Below are positions 9,196 through 18,800 of a stretch of 64,000 nucleotides of DNA, piece by piece (within the stretch, counting starts at the first letter, position 1; each line of letters opens with the position of its first letter). Made by a program: the position numbers and the translations under genes. The notes beneath the pieces were generated by a model, which had not been told where the DNA came from, ran no database searches, and was given only the letters and a program-made list of their open reading frames with translations. The stretch is taken from IMG/VR virus record IMGVR_UViG_3300029288_003518, positions 32,001 through 96,000 of that record, one strand, 5' to 3'. Origin of the DNA: a virus (Duplodnaviria > Caudoviricetes).

Positions 9196-11652
9196 TTAAA
9201 ATGCATCTACTGAACCCTTCACGAAAGGATTCTCCCCTTCATCGGGGTATCTCTTGTCCATGACCTGTTTCAATAATTGCTCATATTCCTTCTTCCACGA
9301 TCCAACTTCCTCGCTTGTACATTCGTAAAACTTAGAATACTCAGGAGAGAACTTGTAATACCAGGCACCCTTAAACTCTGATATTTTGTTCTTCTGTATA
9401 TCTATTTCAAGAACCGGTTTCTTAACCAGCTCTTCTCCGACGGAATCCATCCAGAAAACTTTAGCATCATGTCTCCTGGCATGCACATCGCTATATACCA
9501 TCCCTATCAGATTATTATCATATTCCATCTGCTTGCTCTCACTGATATCCTGTAATGAAGGATGTTGGCTACTAGCTCCGATGAACTTCCTTAGCTCCAT
9601 TGTGCATATGGCAGTAATATGAAGTTTGTTCTTCATAGCGTGTATTCTCGCAGATGCGTGTTTAAACCTGATACGTTCTTCCTTATTTCTTTCGTCCCCG
9701 AGTTTATGGAAGTTATCCAGGAAGAAAGCTATCTCTTTATTCGGATAATTCTCTTTTGCCCAACGGATCCAACCCTCTGCAAAATCCAAGGTATTTCCGT
9801 GGCTATTATCCTTTATGGAGAATTTGTCACTATCAACCAACAGACGTATTGCTCTCCATCCGTTCTCTAATTTTACTCTATCCTCGTCGGTAGTAATATT
9901 TTGAAGAGGATGAGATACTTGATTTATCCTAAGGCCAGATTCTAATGCCACTAACCTAGCAATAGCCTGTTGCCTGGAATCGTCAATAGACATAAACAAC
10001 ACCATTATGTTGTCATTGTTCTTTGCTAACCTGAGGGCTAAATCGAACATAAAACCTGTCTTGCCAACATTAGCATCCCCGGCAAAAGTTATCATAGCAT
10101 CCTCTTTGGGAATACCAGATATGCTGGCATCCAAAGTTTCAAACCCGGTCTTCCATCCTTGTAACCCGGGCTTTCTTTCCTCAAAAGTCTTCTTGATCTG
10201 GTCTATGAAGCTGATTACTTCTGTTGAGGAGTTAACCTCTTCTTGAGCCTCTGAATTGACTTGTCTAATCTCTTCAGCTGTAACTTCGAGAAGAGTAGCA
10301 GCATCACCTTTTTGATATTTAAGATCATCGATCAGTTGCCTTATCTTAGTTTGTACAACGCCGTCCTTCTGTGCTTCTTCGGCGTTAATCATCTTATCTA
10401 CTTGCTTTAAAACTGTCCGTAAACGGACCCCAGTTTTTTCAGATAACTCTTTCGCCATCATCTCCCTATGTACTTCATTGGGATCGGTAATGATTAGCGG
10501 TATCATTTTATCGCATACTTCTTCCGGCTTTGTATCATAATTAAACCTCTCCAGTCTCCATTGAAACGGAGTAAGAAGAGGTATTTTTTTAAATTCCTCA
10601 GGACCATATCTTTCCAGGAAGTCATCCGGATCGCACTCTTCCGGTTTATTTGAAAGTTTCAGGATCCTAACCCTTATTGTTTCATCCCCACCAAAGTATT
10701 GGTCAAGTAAGCTTTCTGTCCTATTTTGTCCCGCAGCATCACCATCAAGCGCAATGATTATATCGGTTATCCCGAGCTCTTTAATGAGGCTTATATGGTC
10801 CCTAGTAAGGGCAGTTCCCCCTATAGCGCAGACATTCTTAAATCCGTGCTTAAAAGCCGTAATATAGTCAGGATAGCCCTCAAATATGTAGAGAGGGGGT
10901 TGATGGTGCCTTCCCACATTTAAACCGTACAGAACCACTCCCTTGTTGTAAATAGGGCACTTTGCAGAGGTATTGATGAACTTTGCCTTCTTTGAGTCCT
11001 TTGAATGGGACATATCCCTTGCGGAGAAGCCCACAACCCGGCCTCTTTCGTCCCTTACAGTGAATATTAGCATGCCCTCATTAAAGATATACCGGTTTAA
11101 ATCAACCTCATCCACAAAGGATCTCTCATACCCGCGGATCTCCATCTTGGACAAAAACTCTTCATAGCTCTTTACCGCACCCACCTGTAGTTCCCTACAC
11201 AAGGTCACGGGCCAGTTTCTCTTCTGGATATAATCCAGAGGTTGCCACTCAGATATGATATTTGCAGCATCTGAATAGGCTTCAAATACTCTCCTTATAT
11301 ACAATTCTTCGGGAGTAAGTTCTACGGTTGAGAATTCGACCCCATACTTCTCTGCTATATATGCAACATTATCTGTAATAAATTCCTGCCCCCTCATTGG
11401 TTTACCCTCTAAGAGATTGGCAGCATTTAGAATGTTTCCTTTTGCCCCGCATGAAAAACAGTAGAATACTTCTTCATTGGTATCTTTAACAAACCCACAG
11501 GAAGGATGCTTGTCTGGATGTGCCGGATTAATACATCTGAACCAACCCTTGTCATCAATTTCAACATTCCTGTCTGTTAGATATCTACGTAGAAAGGGCC
11601 TTACCTTTGCTATGAGATTATCTAAGTTCTCTATCTTATTACTGTTCAGCAT
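9196..11652 (-). CDS. DNA primase-helicase fusion (CHC2 zinc finger + TOPRIM + DnaB/RecA-like helicase)
   Basis: CINPAHPDKHPS...FYCFSCG, GFSAR, KFINT, IFEGYPD, ALDGDAAG, DPDDF, Walker A AGDANVGKT, FLDNFH and IQKNK. Confidence 0.93.
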   Translation of the reverse strand: MLNSNKIENLDNLIAKVRPFLRRYLTDRNVEIDDKGWFRCINPAHPDKHPSCGFVKDTNEEVFYCFSCGAKGNILNAANLLEGKPMRGQEFITDNVAYIAEKYGVEFSTVELTPEELYIRRVFEAYSDAANIISEWQPLDYIQKRNWPVTLCRELQVGAVKSYEEFLSKMEIRGYERSFVDEVDLNRYIFNEGMLIFTVRDERGRVVGFSARDMSHSKDSKKAKFINTSAKCPIYNKGVVLYGLNVGRHHQPPLYIFEGYPDYITAFKHGFKNVCAIGGTALTRDHISLIKELGITDIIIALDGDAAGQNRTESLLDQYFGGDETIRVRILKLSNKPEECDPDDFLERYGPEEFKKIPLLTPFQWRLERFNYDTKPEEVCDKMIPLIITDPNEVHREMMAKELSEKTGVRLRTVLKQVDKMINAEEAQKDGVVQTKIRQLIDDLKYQKGDAATLLEVTAEEIRQVNSEAQEEVNSSTEVISFIDQIKKTFEERKPGLQGWKTGFETLDASISGIPKEDAMITFAGDANVGKTGFMFDLALRLAKNNDNIMVLFMSIDDSRQQAIARLVALESGLRINQVSHPLQNITTDEDRVKLENGWRAIRLLVDSDKFSIKDNSHGNTLDFAEGWIRWAKENYPNKEIAFFLDNFHKLGDERNKEERIRFKHASARIHAMKNKLHITAICTMELRKFIGASSQHPSLQDISESKQMEYDNNLIGMVYSDVHARRHDAKVFWMDSVGEELVKKPVLEIDIQKNKISEFKGAWYYKFSPEYSKFYECTSEEVGSWKKEYEQLLKQVMDKRYPDEGENPFVKGSVDAF

Positions 11653-11878
11653 TTATCTCCTTACTTTTTAGTGCTTCTTTCTCTTGCTCGCCAGCCTTAA
11701 TTATTGTTAACTTTAGATCTACCGCAACATAAGGACTCTCTCCAAAGAGAGCATCCTGTAAAAACTTATTATACTTCTCAAGTGCCTTTGATAATTTCTT
11801 CTCTGGTATATCCAAAGTAGAAGCTTCCGTACTAGCGAAGTATTCCCTCTCACACCTCAACCAGCTGTCTTCCGCCAT
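11639..11878 (-). CDS. Hypothetical protein
   Basis: 79-aa ORF translationally coupled within the operon. Confidence 0.6.
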   Translation of the reverse strand: MAEDSWLRCEREYFASTEASTLDIPEKKLSKALEKYNKFLQDALFGESPYVAVDLKLTIIKAGEQEKEALKSKEINAEQ

Positions 11879-12084
11879 TAGTTCTCCTGAATTGGTATTA
11901 TTGGTTTCGCATCATTCTCTACTATTTTACCACAGAAATTACAGACTTTCACATTGCTACCAAAATGTCCCGGAGCCCACATATACTGCATCCATCCGGA
12001 AACATCCTTGTGTTCACATCCGGTCTGGAGATCTTCAATCTCCGCCTGATGACGCTTCCTCATCTCATCAATATTTTCTTTCAT
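11878..12084 (-). CDS. Small hypothetical protein, putative Zn-binding (CEH...CNFC)
   Basis: 68-aa ORF with an AAAGGA RBS directly downstream of the tmRNA. Confidence 0.6.
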   Translation of the reverse strand: MKENIDEMRKRHQAEIEDLQTGCEHKDVSGWMQYMWAPGHFGSNVKVCNFCGKIVENDAKPIIPIQEN

Positions 12085-12105
12085 GTTTCCTTTCTCTTAC
12101 AAATT

Positions 12106-12476
12106 TGGTGGAGCTGGGGAGGATCGAACCTCCCGTCCTTATATACTTGAAACTTATCGAATTACGACCATGTGGGGATGACTAGGCTCGTCCGCTATTT
12201 CCCTGTACTAATCAACCCTCCACCACTAGACTAATGCCGGCTCTAGAACCGTATTACGGGTACTACATTGTACTGGTTTATGTTGCCACGCACCAGTAAC
12301 GAGCGTCGCTCCGATAGGAGCAATAGAGTTTCCGAAATGATCAGAGACCATTCTTTCAACTCTTGCAAAAGCAGTTGGCTTCGCATTTATTATTTGGTTC
12401 GATTTTTAACGAGGCCCAGAACCATCCTCGAGTCGCGCATCGTCTCTCGATATACAAGTCGATACCTTTCAGCCCC
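12106..12476 (-). ncRNA. ssrA: tmRNA (one-piece, about 371 nt)
   Basis: 5' end GGGGCTGAAAGGTATCGAC and 3' end GGACGGGAGGTTCGATCCTCCCCAGCTCCACCA form an Ala acceptor stem with G3.U70 and an encoded CCA. Pseudoknot 1 (CGAGG/CCTCG with GGTTC/GAACC) is followed by the resume context ATAAAT-GCG. Confidence 0.93.
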
Positions 12477-12508
12477 TGGGGTAAGCGATTCCCTCACTCA
12501 CTATTTAC

Positions 12509-12537
12509 ATTATAGCATAAGAAATAAAAAAGTTCAA
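12509..12537 (-). promoter_or_regulatory. sigma70-like promoter for the tmRNA/replication operon, TTGAAC-N17-TATAAT with extended -10
   Basis: Minus strand reads ttgaac ttttttatttcttatgc tataat, about 30 nt upstream of the tmRNA 5' end. Confidence 0.8.
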
Positions 12538-12560
12538 GTGGAATTTAGAACATTAATTAT

Positions 12561-12589
12561 TTGAATAAATGCCCGTTCTATGGTATACT
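12561..12589 (+). promoter_or_regulatory. Divergent sigma70-like promoter, TTGAAT-N17-TATACT with extended -10
   Basis: Plus strand reads ttgaat aaatgcccgttctatgg tatact, upstream of the AAAGGAG RBS and the ATG at 12635. Confidence 0.75.
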
Positions 12590-12634
12590 GTATTTAGATG
12601 AAGAATAACTTATACTATACAAAAGGAGAGGTGA

Positions 12635-13498
12635 ATGCAAATTTTACAGGTAGTTGACAAATATTTGGAGAATCCATATGAAATTCATGTGGATGTCGGC
12701 AAGGGTTATCATTACCCATCTAGTGCATCATGCGTAATTAAGAATGAGTATAACGAAGAAGTCGTCGTCGGTAAATGCCTGCGTGACGCTTACTGGAAAT
12801 CTAAGAGCGTAAAACCTTCCAACCCCATGACAGCAAGGGGGGCAAGGATCTGTGCGTATGGAAAAGCAATTGAAAGATTTGAAATAGAACAATATAAACA
12901 GATTGGTATATGGCGAGGGAACAATGTAAAATTTATTGATCCTAGATATGCAATATCCGGAGAATCCGACTGTATTATCTTCGACAAGGATATTAAAGGA
13001 TTAAGGGGTGTAGAAGTTAAATCCGGGTATGATTATAAATTTAGGTCTGAAGTACTTGGTACTCCCACTAAACCGGGAAAACCCAAATATGAGCATGTGC
13101 TTCAAACGATGTTTTATATTGACTATTTTAAAATACCCTTCAATATAGTGTATATCGATCGAGGAAATGCTGCCAGGGGAGAATACGAAATAACTCTTAA
13201 CACTGACGGAACCCCTAATATAAACGGCCAGAAGCTTAATAATGGATTATCTATCCCGAGATGTGTATCTAGGTTTAAACAGCTCGATGAACATCTTAGT
13301 GATGGTACAATACCCAGAAGAGACTTTCAGTTAAAATATTCAAAAGAAAAACTTGATATCCTTAACAATACCAGGCGTTTAAGAAAAATACAGAAAGAGG
13401 AATTTGAGAAGAACAGGGACCTGGATCTGGGAGATTGGCAGTGTAGTTACTGTGATTACAAGGATTATTGCTGGAGCAAGGAAGGTAAAAATGAATAA
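12635..13498 (+). CDS. Cas4-like / PD-(D/E)XK exonuclease (solo, no CRISPR array in the window)
   Basis: YPSSA...KCLR, ISGESD (motif II), VEVKS (E-x-K), HVLQTMFY (QxxxY) and C-terminal WQCSYCDYKDYC. Confidence 0.85.
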   Translation: MQILQVVDKYLENPYEIHVDVGKGYHYPSSASCVIKNEYNEEVVVGKCLRDAYWKSKSVKPSNPMTARGARICAYGKAIERFEIEQYKQIGIWRGNNVKFIDPRYAISGESDCIIFDKDIKGLRGVEVKSGYDYKFRSEVLGTPTKPGKPKYEHVLQTMFYIDYFKIPFNIVYIDRGNAARGEYEITLNTDGTPNINGQKLNNGLSIPRCVSRFKQLDEHLSDGTIPRRDFQLKYSKEKLDILNNTRRLRKIQKEEFEKNRDLDLGDWQCSYCDYKDYCWSKEGKNE

Positions 13499-13694
13499 AA
13501 TATCATCCCTTATTAAGTCAATATGGACAGAGTTAGATTCTGTAATAGAGCTATTTGCCTACCTTGCTATAGCTTATGGGATCATGAGATTATTTAATTT
13601 AACCTATATACAGTCTATCTCTATTGTGTTTATCTATTTTGTGCTTAATCTACTCAGGTTACTTGTGGAGGCATTGAGAAACAAATACCGGTAG
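13491..13694 (+). CDS. Small two-TM membrane protein (67 aa from ATG 13491); holin-like size but function unknown
   Basis: Two hydrophobic stretches (VIELFAYLAIAYGIM; SISIVFIYFVLNLLRLLV) and a basic C-terminus; overlaps the upstream stop. Confidence 0.6.
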   Translation: MNKISSLIKSIWTELDSVIELFAYLAIAYGIMRLFNLTYIQSISIVFIYFVLNLLRLLVEALRNKYR

Positions 13695-13717
13695 TACCCA
13701 ACGTATCACTACCAAAG

Positions 13718-13758
13718 AAATAGGGGACATCACGTAAATGTGGTGCCCCCTATTTTTT
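13718..13758. terminator. Probable bidirectional intrinsic terminator between convergent units
   Basis: aaataggggacatcac-gtaaat-gtggtgccccctatttttt is a GC-rich imperfect stem flanked by A and T runs, between the plus-strand and minus-strand gene ends. Confidence 0.75.
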
Positions 13759-13771
13759 ATTGGCCTACCTG

Positions 13772-14035
13772 TTACAACTTGCCTATTGCATCTTTGATCA
13801 TCCCTACCTGTGCCTTAAGCTTGTTTACCGCGATCTCTAAAGTAGTGACATTGAATGCAGTATCATCAAGAATCCTTAACCACAGGTTATCCCAATCCGT
13901 TAGTGTACTCTGGGTAACATAGTGGACAAGATCGGTAGATAGGCTAGCTTCCGCTGCCGTATTATAACTGATCATATAGTCTACGTAGTCTCCACTTGCC
14001 AAGGCCCCGGTTGGACTAATAGGAGGAAGAGGCAT
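13772..14035 (-). CDS. Small virion-associated or coiled-coil hypothetical protein
   Basis: Last gene of the tail operon; heptad-like C-terminus. Confidence 0.55.
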   Translation of the reverse strand: MPLPPISPTGALASGDYVDYMISYNTAAEASLSTDLVHYVTQSTLTDWDNLWLRILDDTAFNVTTLEIAVNKLKAQVGMIKDAIGKL

Positions 14036-14036
14036 C

Positions 14037-14264
14037 TTATCTACTCCTTAATTCTATGATTAAATTATTTATTGTTAAGGTTAAACTTTCAACATCCGCA
14101 GTTAATATATTTAGTCTCCCGGCCAGAGAATTCAACTGGCTCTGCAGGGCAACTTGAATAGTATTAACATTAGACATCTGAGCTAGCTTTGCCATATCAC
14201 CCTGAATACTAGCGAGCTTATTATATATCTGTGTCAATTGTGCCTGATAGTCTAGGTTAGCCAT
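14037..14264 (-). CDS. Small coiled-coil protein
   Basis: 75 aa with a continuous heptad pattern. Confidence 0.55.
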   Translation of the reverse strand: MANLDYQAQLTQIYNKLASIQGDMAKLAQMSNVNTIQVALQSQLNSLAGRLNILTADVESLTLTINNLIIELRSR

Positions 14265-14274
14265 TTTTCCTTTC

Positions 14275-15483
14275 CTATGTAGTAGTTGTGTAAGTAATAG
14301 ATATTGACTTGAATAACGGGCTCTTGGTATCTCCGTCGCCCTGAGTCAATTCTACCATTACCCAAAGAGTGTTAAGTCCAAATACACTTAAGTCCAGCGG
14401 AGCAGTCTTGGTGATAGAAGCATTGCTTGAATTCCAGATCGGTAAATTATTATTAAACTCAGACTCTGAAGTATAGATATTAACCTTATAAGTAATGTTG
14501 TCGTAGGCCGGATCGGTCCTTAGAGATGTTATAAGATTGATTAACCCAGTCTCATATTCAGGGAGCTTAAATCTGAACCCAATCTTCCCCGATGCCCTAT
14601 ACTCCACCTTCTCTATCCCCAACTCTTTAGCCCCATACACGAATGTTTTATAGTCATCTTCCATCTTACTGCTTCTCTGCCTCAGATATAGCTTTATCTT
14701 AGTAGGCTGTATATTATTAAAAGAGTACATTATGGATCTAGTATTGTTTTCCCCATCCGCCGGAAACGAAGGAAGCACGAGATCCTGTGACACTAAGGTA
14801 TCATATGTAATCACCTGAACATCTTCCACTCCCTCCGGATATGGTTTGATGTGTAGTTTATTTACATAAGGGTTACTCATAGATGGCAATGTCACCACAA
14901 GAAGGCACCTTGAACTGGTCTTTGTCGAGTCCCTGTTATACCTAACCTTTCTTTCCCAAACTGTTTCATCCTGGCCATCAAATGCCCTATTTGGACTAGT
15001 CTCCTCTAACTTTACACTCCCAGTCTCATCTATAGGAGTAACCTCTACCTTTAAGTCGGGAGCTACAATAGATCTACCATCGGTAATATTTATAGTATAG
15101 ACCTTGGAAAAACTATTATTAACCGGTAGGGTCACAACCCCAAACTCATCATTAACAACGCACTTATCTACTTCTACTATATTGGTAGGATATACTACCT
15201 GGTTCGGCATATAGAAATCTTCGTAGAATATCTTGTAGTTAGATGCAGATTGTTCATAGGAGGTTATTAGACCGCTCACAGCGTATACACGAGAACTAAT
15301 GGCCTCTACCTCATGCCTTATTCTAGATTCAAGATCATTAACATCAACAACAATGTTAGAAGCTTCAGAAAATATAGTATTCAAATCATAGAGTATATCC
15401 TCTAGATTCTTATTCATATCCTCTGAAGATGTGTTCCCCCTCCACTCAGGGAGTACGGGTGAAAAGATAGGTATCAATGCCAT
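14275..15483 (-). CDS. Virion structural protein (baseplate/fibre paralogue family)
   Basis: N-terminal SSEDMNKNLEDILYDLNTIFSE and C-terminal SPLFKSISITY are shared with the 21-28 kb paralogues; RAFDG..TVW is a discoidin-like signature. Confidence 0.65.
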   Translation of the reverse strand: MALIPIFSPVLPEWRGNTSSEDMNKNLEDILYDLNTIFSEASNIVVDVNDLESRIRHEVEAISSRVYAVSGLITSYEQSASNYKIFYEDFYMPNQVVYPTNIVEVDKCVVNDEFGVVTLPVNNSFSKVYTINITDGRSIVAPDLKVEVTPIDETGSVKLEETSPNRAFDGQDETVWERKVRYNRDSTKTSSRCLLVVTLPSMSNPYVNKLHIKPYPEGVEDVQVITYDTLVSQDLVLPSFPADGENNTRSIMYSFNNIQPTKIKLYLRQRSSKMEDDYKTFVYGAKELGIEKVEYRASGKIGFRFKLPEYETGLINLITSLRTDPAYDNITYKVNIYTSESEFNNNLPIWNSSNASITKTAPLDLSVFGLNTLWVMVELTQGDGDTKSPLFKSISITYTTTT

Positions 15484-15495
15484 TTTACGTTCTCC

Positions 15496-15804
15496 TTATT
15501 CTAGAATTTGCACTGGGTCTGCCTGAGCATAAATTCTATTTTCTATTTTAGATTCCATATCGTAAACTGCCATCTTGAGATCATATAAGCTATATAGACT
15601 ACCAGATGGCAATAAATATCCAGAAGCAAGGACATCTATGCTGTCCTTAATTCCCTCTATCTCATTGAATATAGTACTTAGATCGGTAGCAACCTCAGAG
15701 AATGACTCCCTGGCTTTCTTCGATTCAGTAGGCCCATAGTAACGATGGTTCACCTTAGATGTAGTAACTATTTTATTAAAGGGGCTTATGTAAGACATCT
15801 TCAC
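15496..15804 (-). CDS. Small structural protein, N-terminal-domain paralogue of the adjacent gene
   Basis: YGPTESKK...EVATDLSTIFNE resembles RGNTSSED...DILYDLNTIFSE. Confidence 0.55.
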   Translation of the reverse strand: MKMSYISPFNKIVTTSKVNHRYYGPTESKKARESFSEVATDLSTIFNEIEGIKDSIDVLASGYLLPSGSLYSLYDLKMAVYDMESKIENRIYAQADPVQILE

Positions 15805-18800
15805 CTCTCTATTGTGTTATTGTGAGCGCCTAATTTATTAATTTGCAACTTTAGTTCATTGATTTCCCGCTGCTGTTCCTGTACTGCCCTAACTAGAACC
15901 GCAGTTAATTGCCCGTAGCTTAATCCCAATTCCCCTTCCGAACCACTGACTATTTCAGGGATTATCTTCCGCATATCCTGAGCAATGAAACCAACTTGTT
16001 TTTTATTACTTTCGTCCTGTTTGTGTACATAATAAACTGGCCTTAACTTTTCTATTTCCTTTATTCCGTACTTAAAATCATAGTCTATATCTTTCTTATA
16101 TGCTAAGTCAGATCCAGCTATCCAGTCCCCGGTCCCATCGCAATAAGCTCCTCCGTTTAAATGAATTAAATGGGATGGAGATGTGAGAGTTAACCCAACA
16201 TAACCGCTTGGATCAACGAGTATCCTAGATTTACCCTGAACCTGATCGTATATTTCAAACACACTAGTACCTGAAGCTATTCCTCTACCTATCCGAGTTT
16301 TGATGCCAGCAGTTCCAGACCCTGCTCCGGTATTTTTAAAGTCAATACTAGCTCCAGCATCCCAATCTCCCTCTAATGTAATAACTGGGAATCCATTGTG
16401 GAAACGCGCTATATAATCAGTCCCACCCTCTACGTCTAACGTAACCGAGGGGACAGCAGTCCCAACTCCAAGTCTTTGTGATGTATCTATAGTCATGGCT
16501 ATATGATCGCCATTGGTCCCAAATTGTAAAGCATTCTGGGAACGCAAGCATATGGAACTGGCGAGCTCACCTGTAAATACCGTATCCCCACCAGAACCCA
16601 AATGGCCAAAACCAAAATATCCCCTCTTGGTAATACCATCAGTTCCCCCGGTAAAGGTCATATAGGCGCCTATATCATCAGCACTTTGCCACCGATTAAT
16701 ATCAAAATGACCCAGGGTTAATCTCGCATAACCCGATTCACAGGCTATAATCTGATTAAATGGGGCCCCACCACCACTAAAACTATCGGAGTCACAGAAT
16801 ATTGAGTTATTAAGTGTCTCATCCAGATACCAAAGTGTTATGGTCGTAGGAGTGGCGTCATATAACCCATTGCCGAAGAAATAATTGTATTTAGCATACT
16901 TCAGTTTTATCCCATAGTTATAATGCCCCAGCTCAATTGCATTCCCTGTGATGAAGTTTCTACTATTATATTCTCCCGCATCACCCAGCATCTCAAGAGC
17001 ACAATCTCCCCCACAACCAAGTGCCCAGAAGTTCTTACTTATAGTTATTCCGTTGACATACTTATTCAGTAATATCTTTCTCAGGTTATTAAAGTAATTA
17101 TTTTCTATGGTTGTTACATATCCCTGGAAGGGAGCGTCATTGTCTAGATCTCCAAGGTGAGCTATATTGTTCCCTCCAAGAATAATAATATCTTGTGCCA
17201 ATGTCGCATCAACAGCTTCAGTTTTGCCTATAAAAGAACAATCATGTATCTTTAAGGTGGTATTGGTAGTAAAAACAAAAGGAAGGGTGCCATCTGTAGT
17301 ATCCTTAAGCTGCAAGTTGGATATCTCCAATAGACCTTTTCCTTTTGTAACTATCTTAGCGATACTACCCGCATATCTTAGATCTATAGCCGAAGGAGCT
17401 GTTGGAGCGGTGAAACTAGAACCATTTAACCAAGTTGAATCTCCTCCTCCACCCATCCCGACTAAACGTATTGTGGGTTGCTGAGGGTAGACTCCATTGA
17501 TGCTTAATTGCTTTCCATCATTCGCAAGAGCTATCTGGCTATCAACTCTATAGGTCCCCTTGGGGAACAGTACAGTTCCACCGCCAGAGTTATACGCGGC
17601 AGTAATAGCCGCCAATACTGCGGTTGAATCATCAGTGGTCCCATTCCCGAGTGCTCCGTAGGCCCTCACATCAAAACTGGGAGACTTGGAAACAACATCA
17701 GATACCGTAAGTACACCACTGCAGCTTATTTTTGCAACAGATGATATTGGATTTCCAGAGTAGAAATTATAAGACACGGGGACAGAAGTACTAGTTGGGT
17801 TTCCATCAACATCGATGCCTATATATCCACCTAATCTCTCTACTGAGTTGGTTTGCCCGGCCCAACTTAAATAACCTAAGGTATCTCCGTTTTGAATATC
17901 ATTGGTAGACCTAGATTTATACCACTGGATCCCTTGGGAATACTGGTCGTTGGTAGAGACTGATATATTAAGAGAAGCATTGGATAAATCAACAGATCCA
18001 GTAAAGATTGGATTCAATGTTGGAGCGGCCCCTAAATCAGCATAGGAAAGATTTGCCCCATTAACTTTATAATGAGATCCAGGGGTAATATTTACATCCC
18101 CATTAACATCAATTATTCCACTGCTGCTTATTTTCATTATCTGGGTAATTGGTGTCCCAGAGTAGAAAGTAAAAGATGTTGGAATTGAACTTGCTGTCGG
18201 AGTACCATCTATATCAATACTGAGATATCCACCTATCCGAGATATAGCGCTAGTCTGACCCGCAAAAGACAAATAGCCCAGATTGTCTCCTAATACCGTG
18301 TCTCCGGTACCACGAGACTTATACCATTGGATCCCCCTACTCCACTCATCATTACTCGTAACTGTTAAATTAAGACTTTCGTTAGTTATGGCAACAGCAC
18401 CATTTACCTCTAGTTTAACCCCGGGTACTGTGGTACCAATACCAACCCTCTGGGCTGTATCAATAGTCATAGCTATAAAGTCACCATTGGTTCCAAAATG
18501 CATCGGTCCATAAGACTTTAGGGCTATAGAATCTACTAACTCTCCTGTAAATATGGTGTCTGCTCCGCTACCGGTATGACCAAAACCAACCATCCCCCTG
18601 GGAGTATTACCTATTGATCCACCAAGGAAATTTATTTTACCACCAATATCATTGGTAGTCTGTATTTTTTTGCACCACCAATCGGTAAAAGCTGTAATAC
18701 TACCGGTTGCGGTAATACTATTAGGAACCTCTAATCCATCATCAGCATCTCTTCCCCCGAAAATATAATTACCCTCACAAGTAACAATTGTATCATTCTG

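Noticed and set aside
12106-12140. tRNA-Ala gene or prophage attachment site
   Set aside because: The tRNA-like 3' end pairs with a 5' end 370 nt away and encloses PK1 and a tag frame, so it is a tmRNA. No integrase or duplicated att copy was seen in the window.
12635-13498. CRISPR-Cas locus
   Set aside because: The Cas4-like gene is solo. No cas1/cas2 and no repeat-spacer array were seen anywhere in the window.
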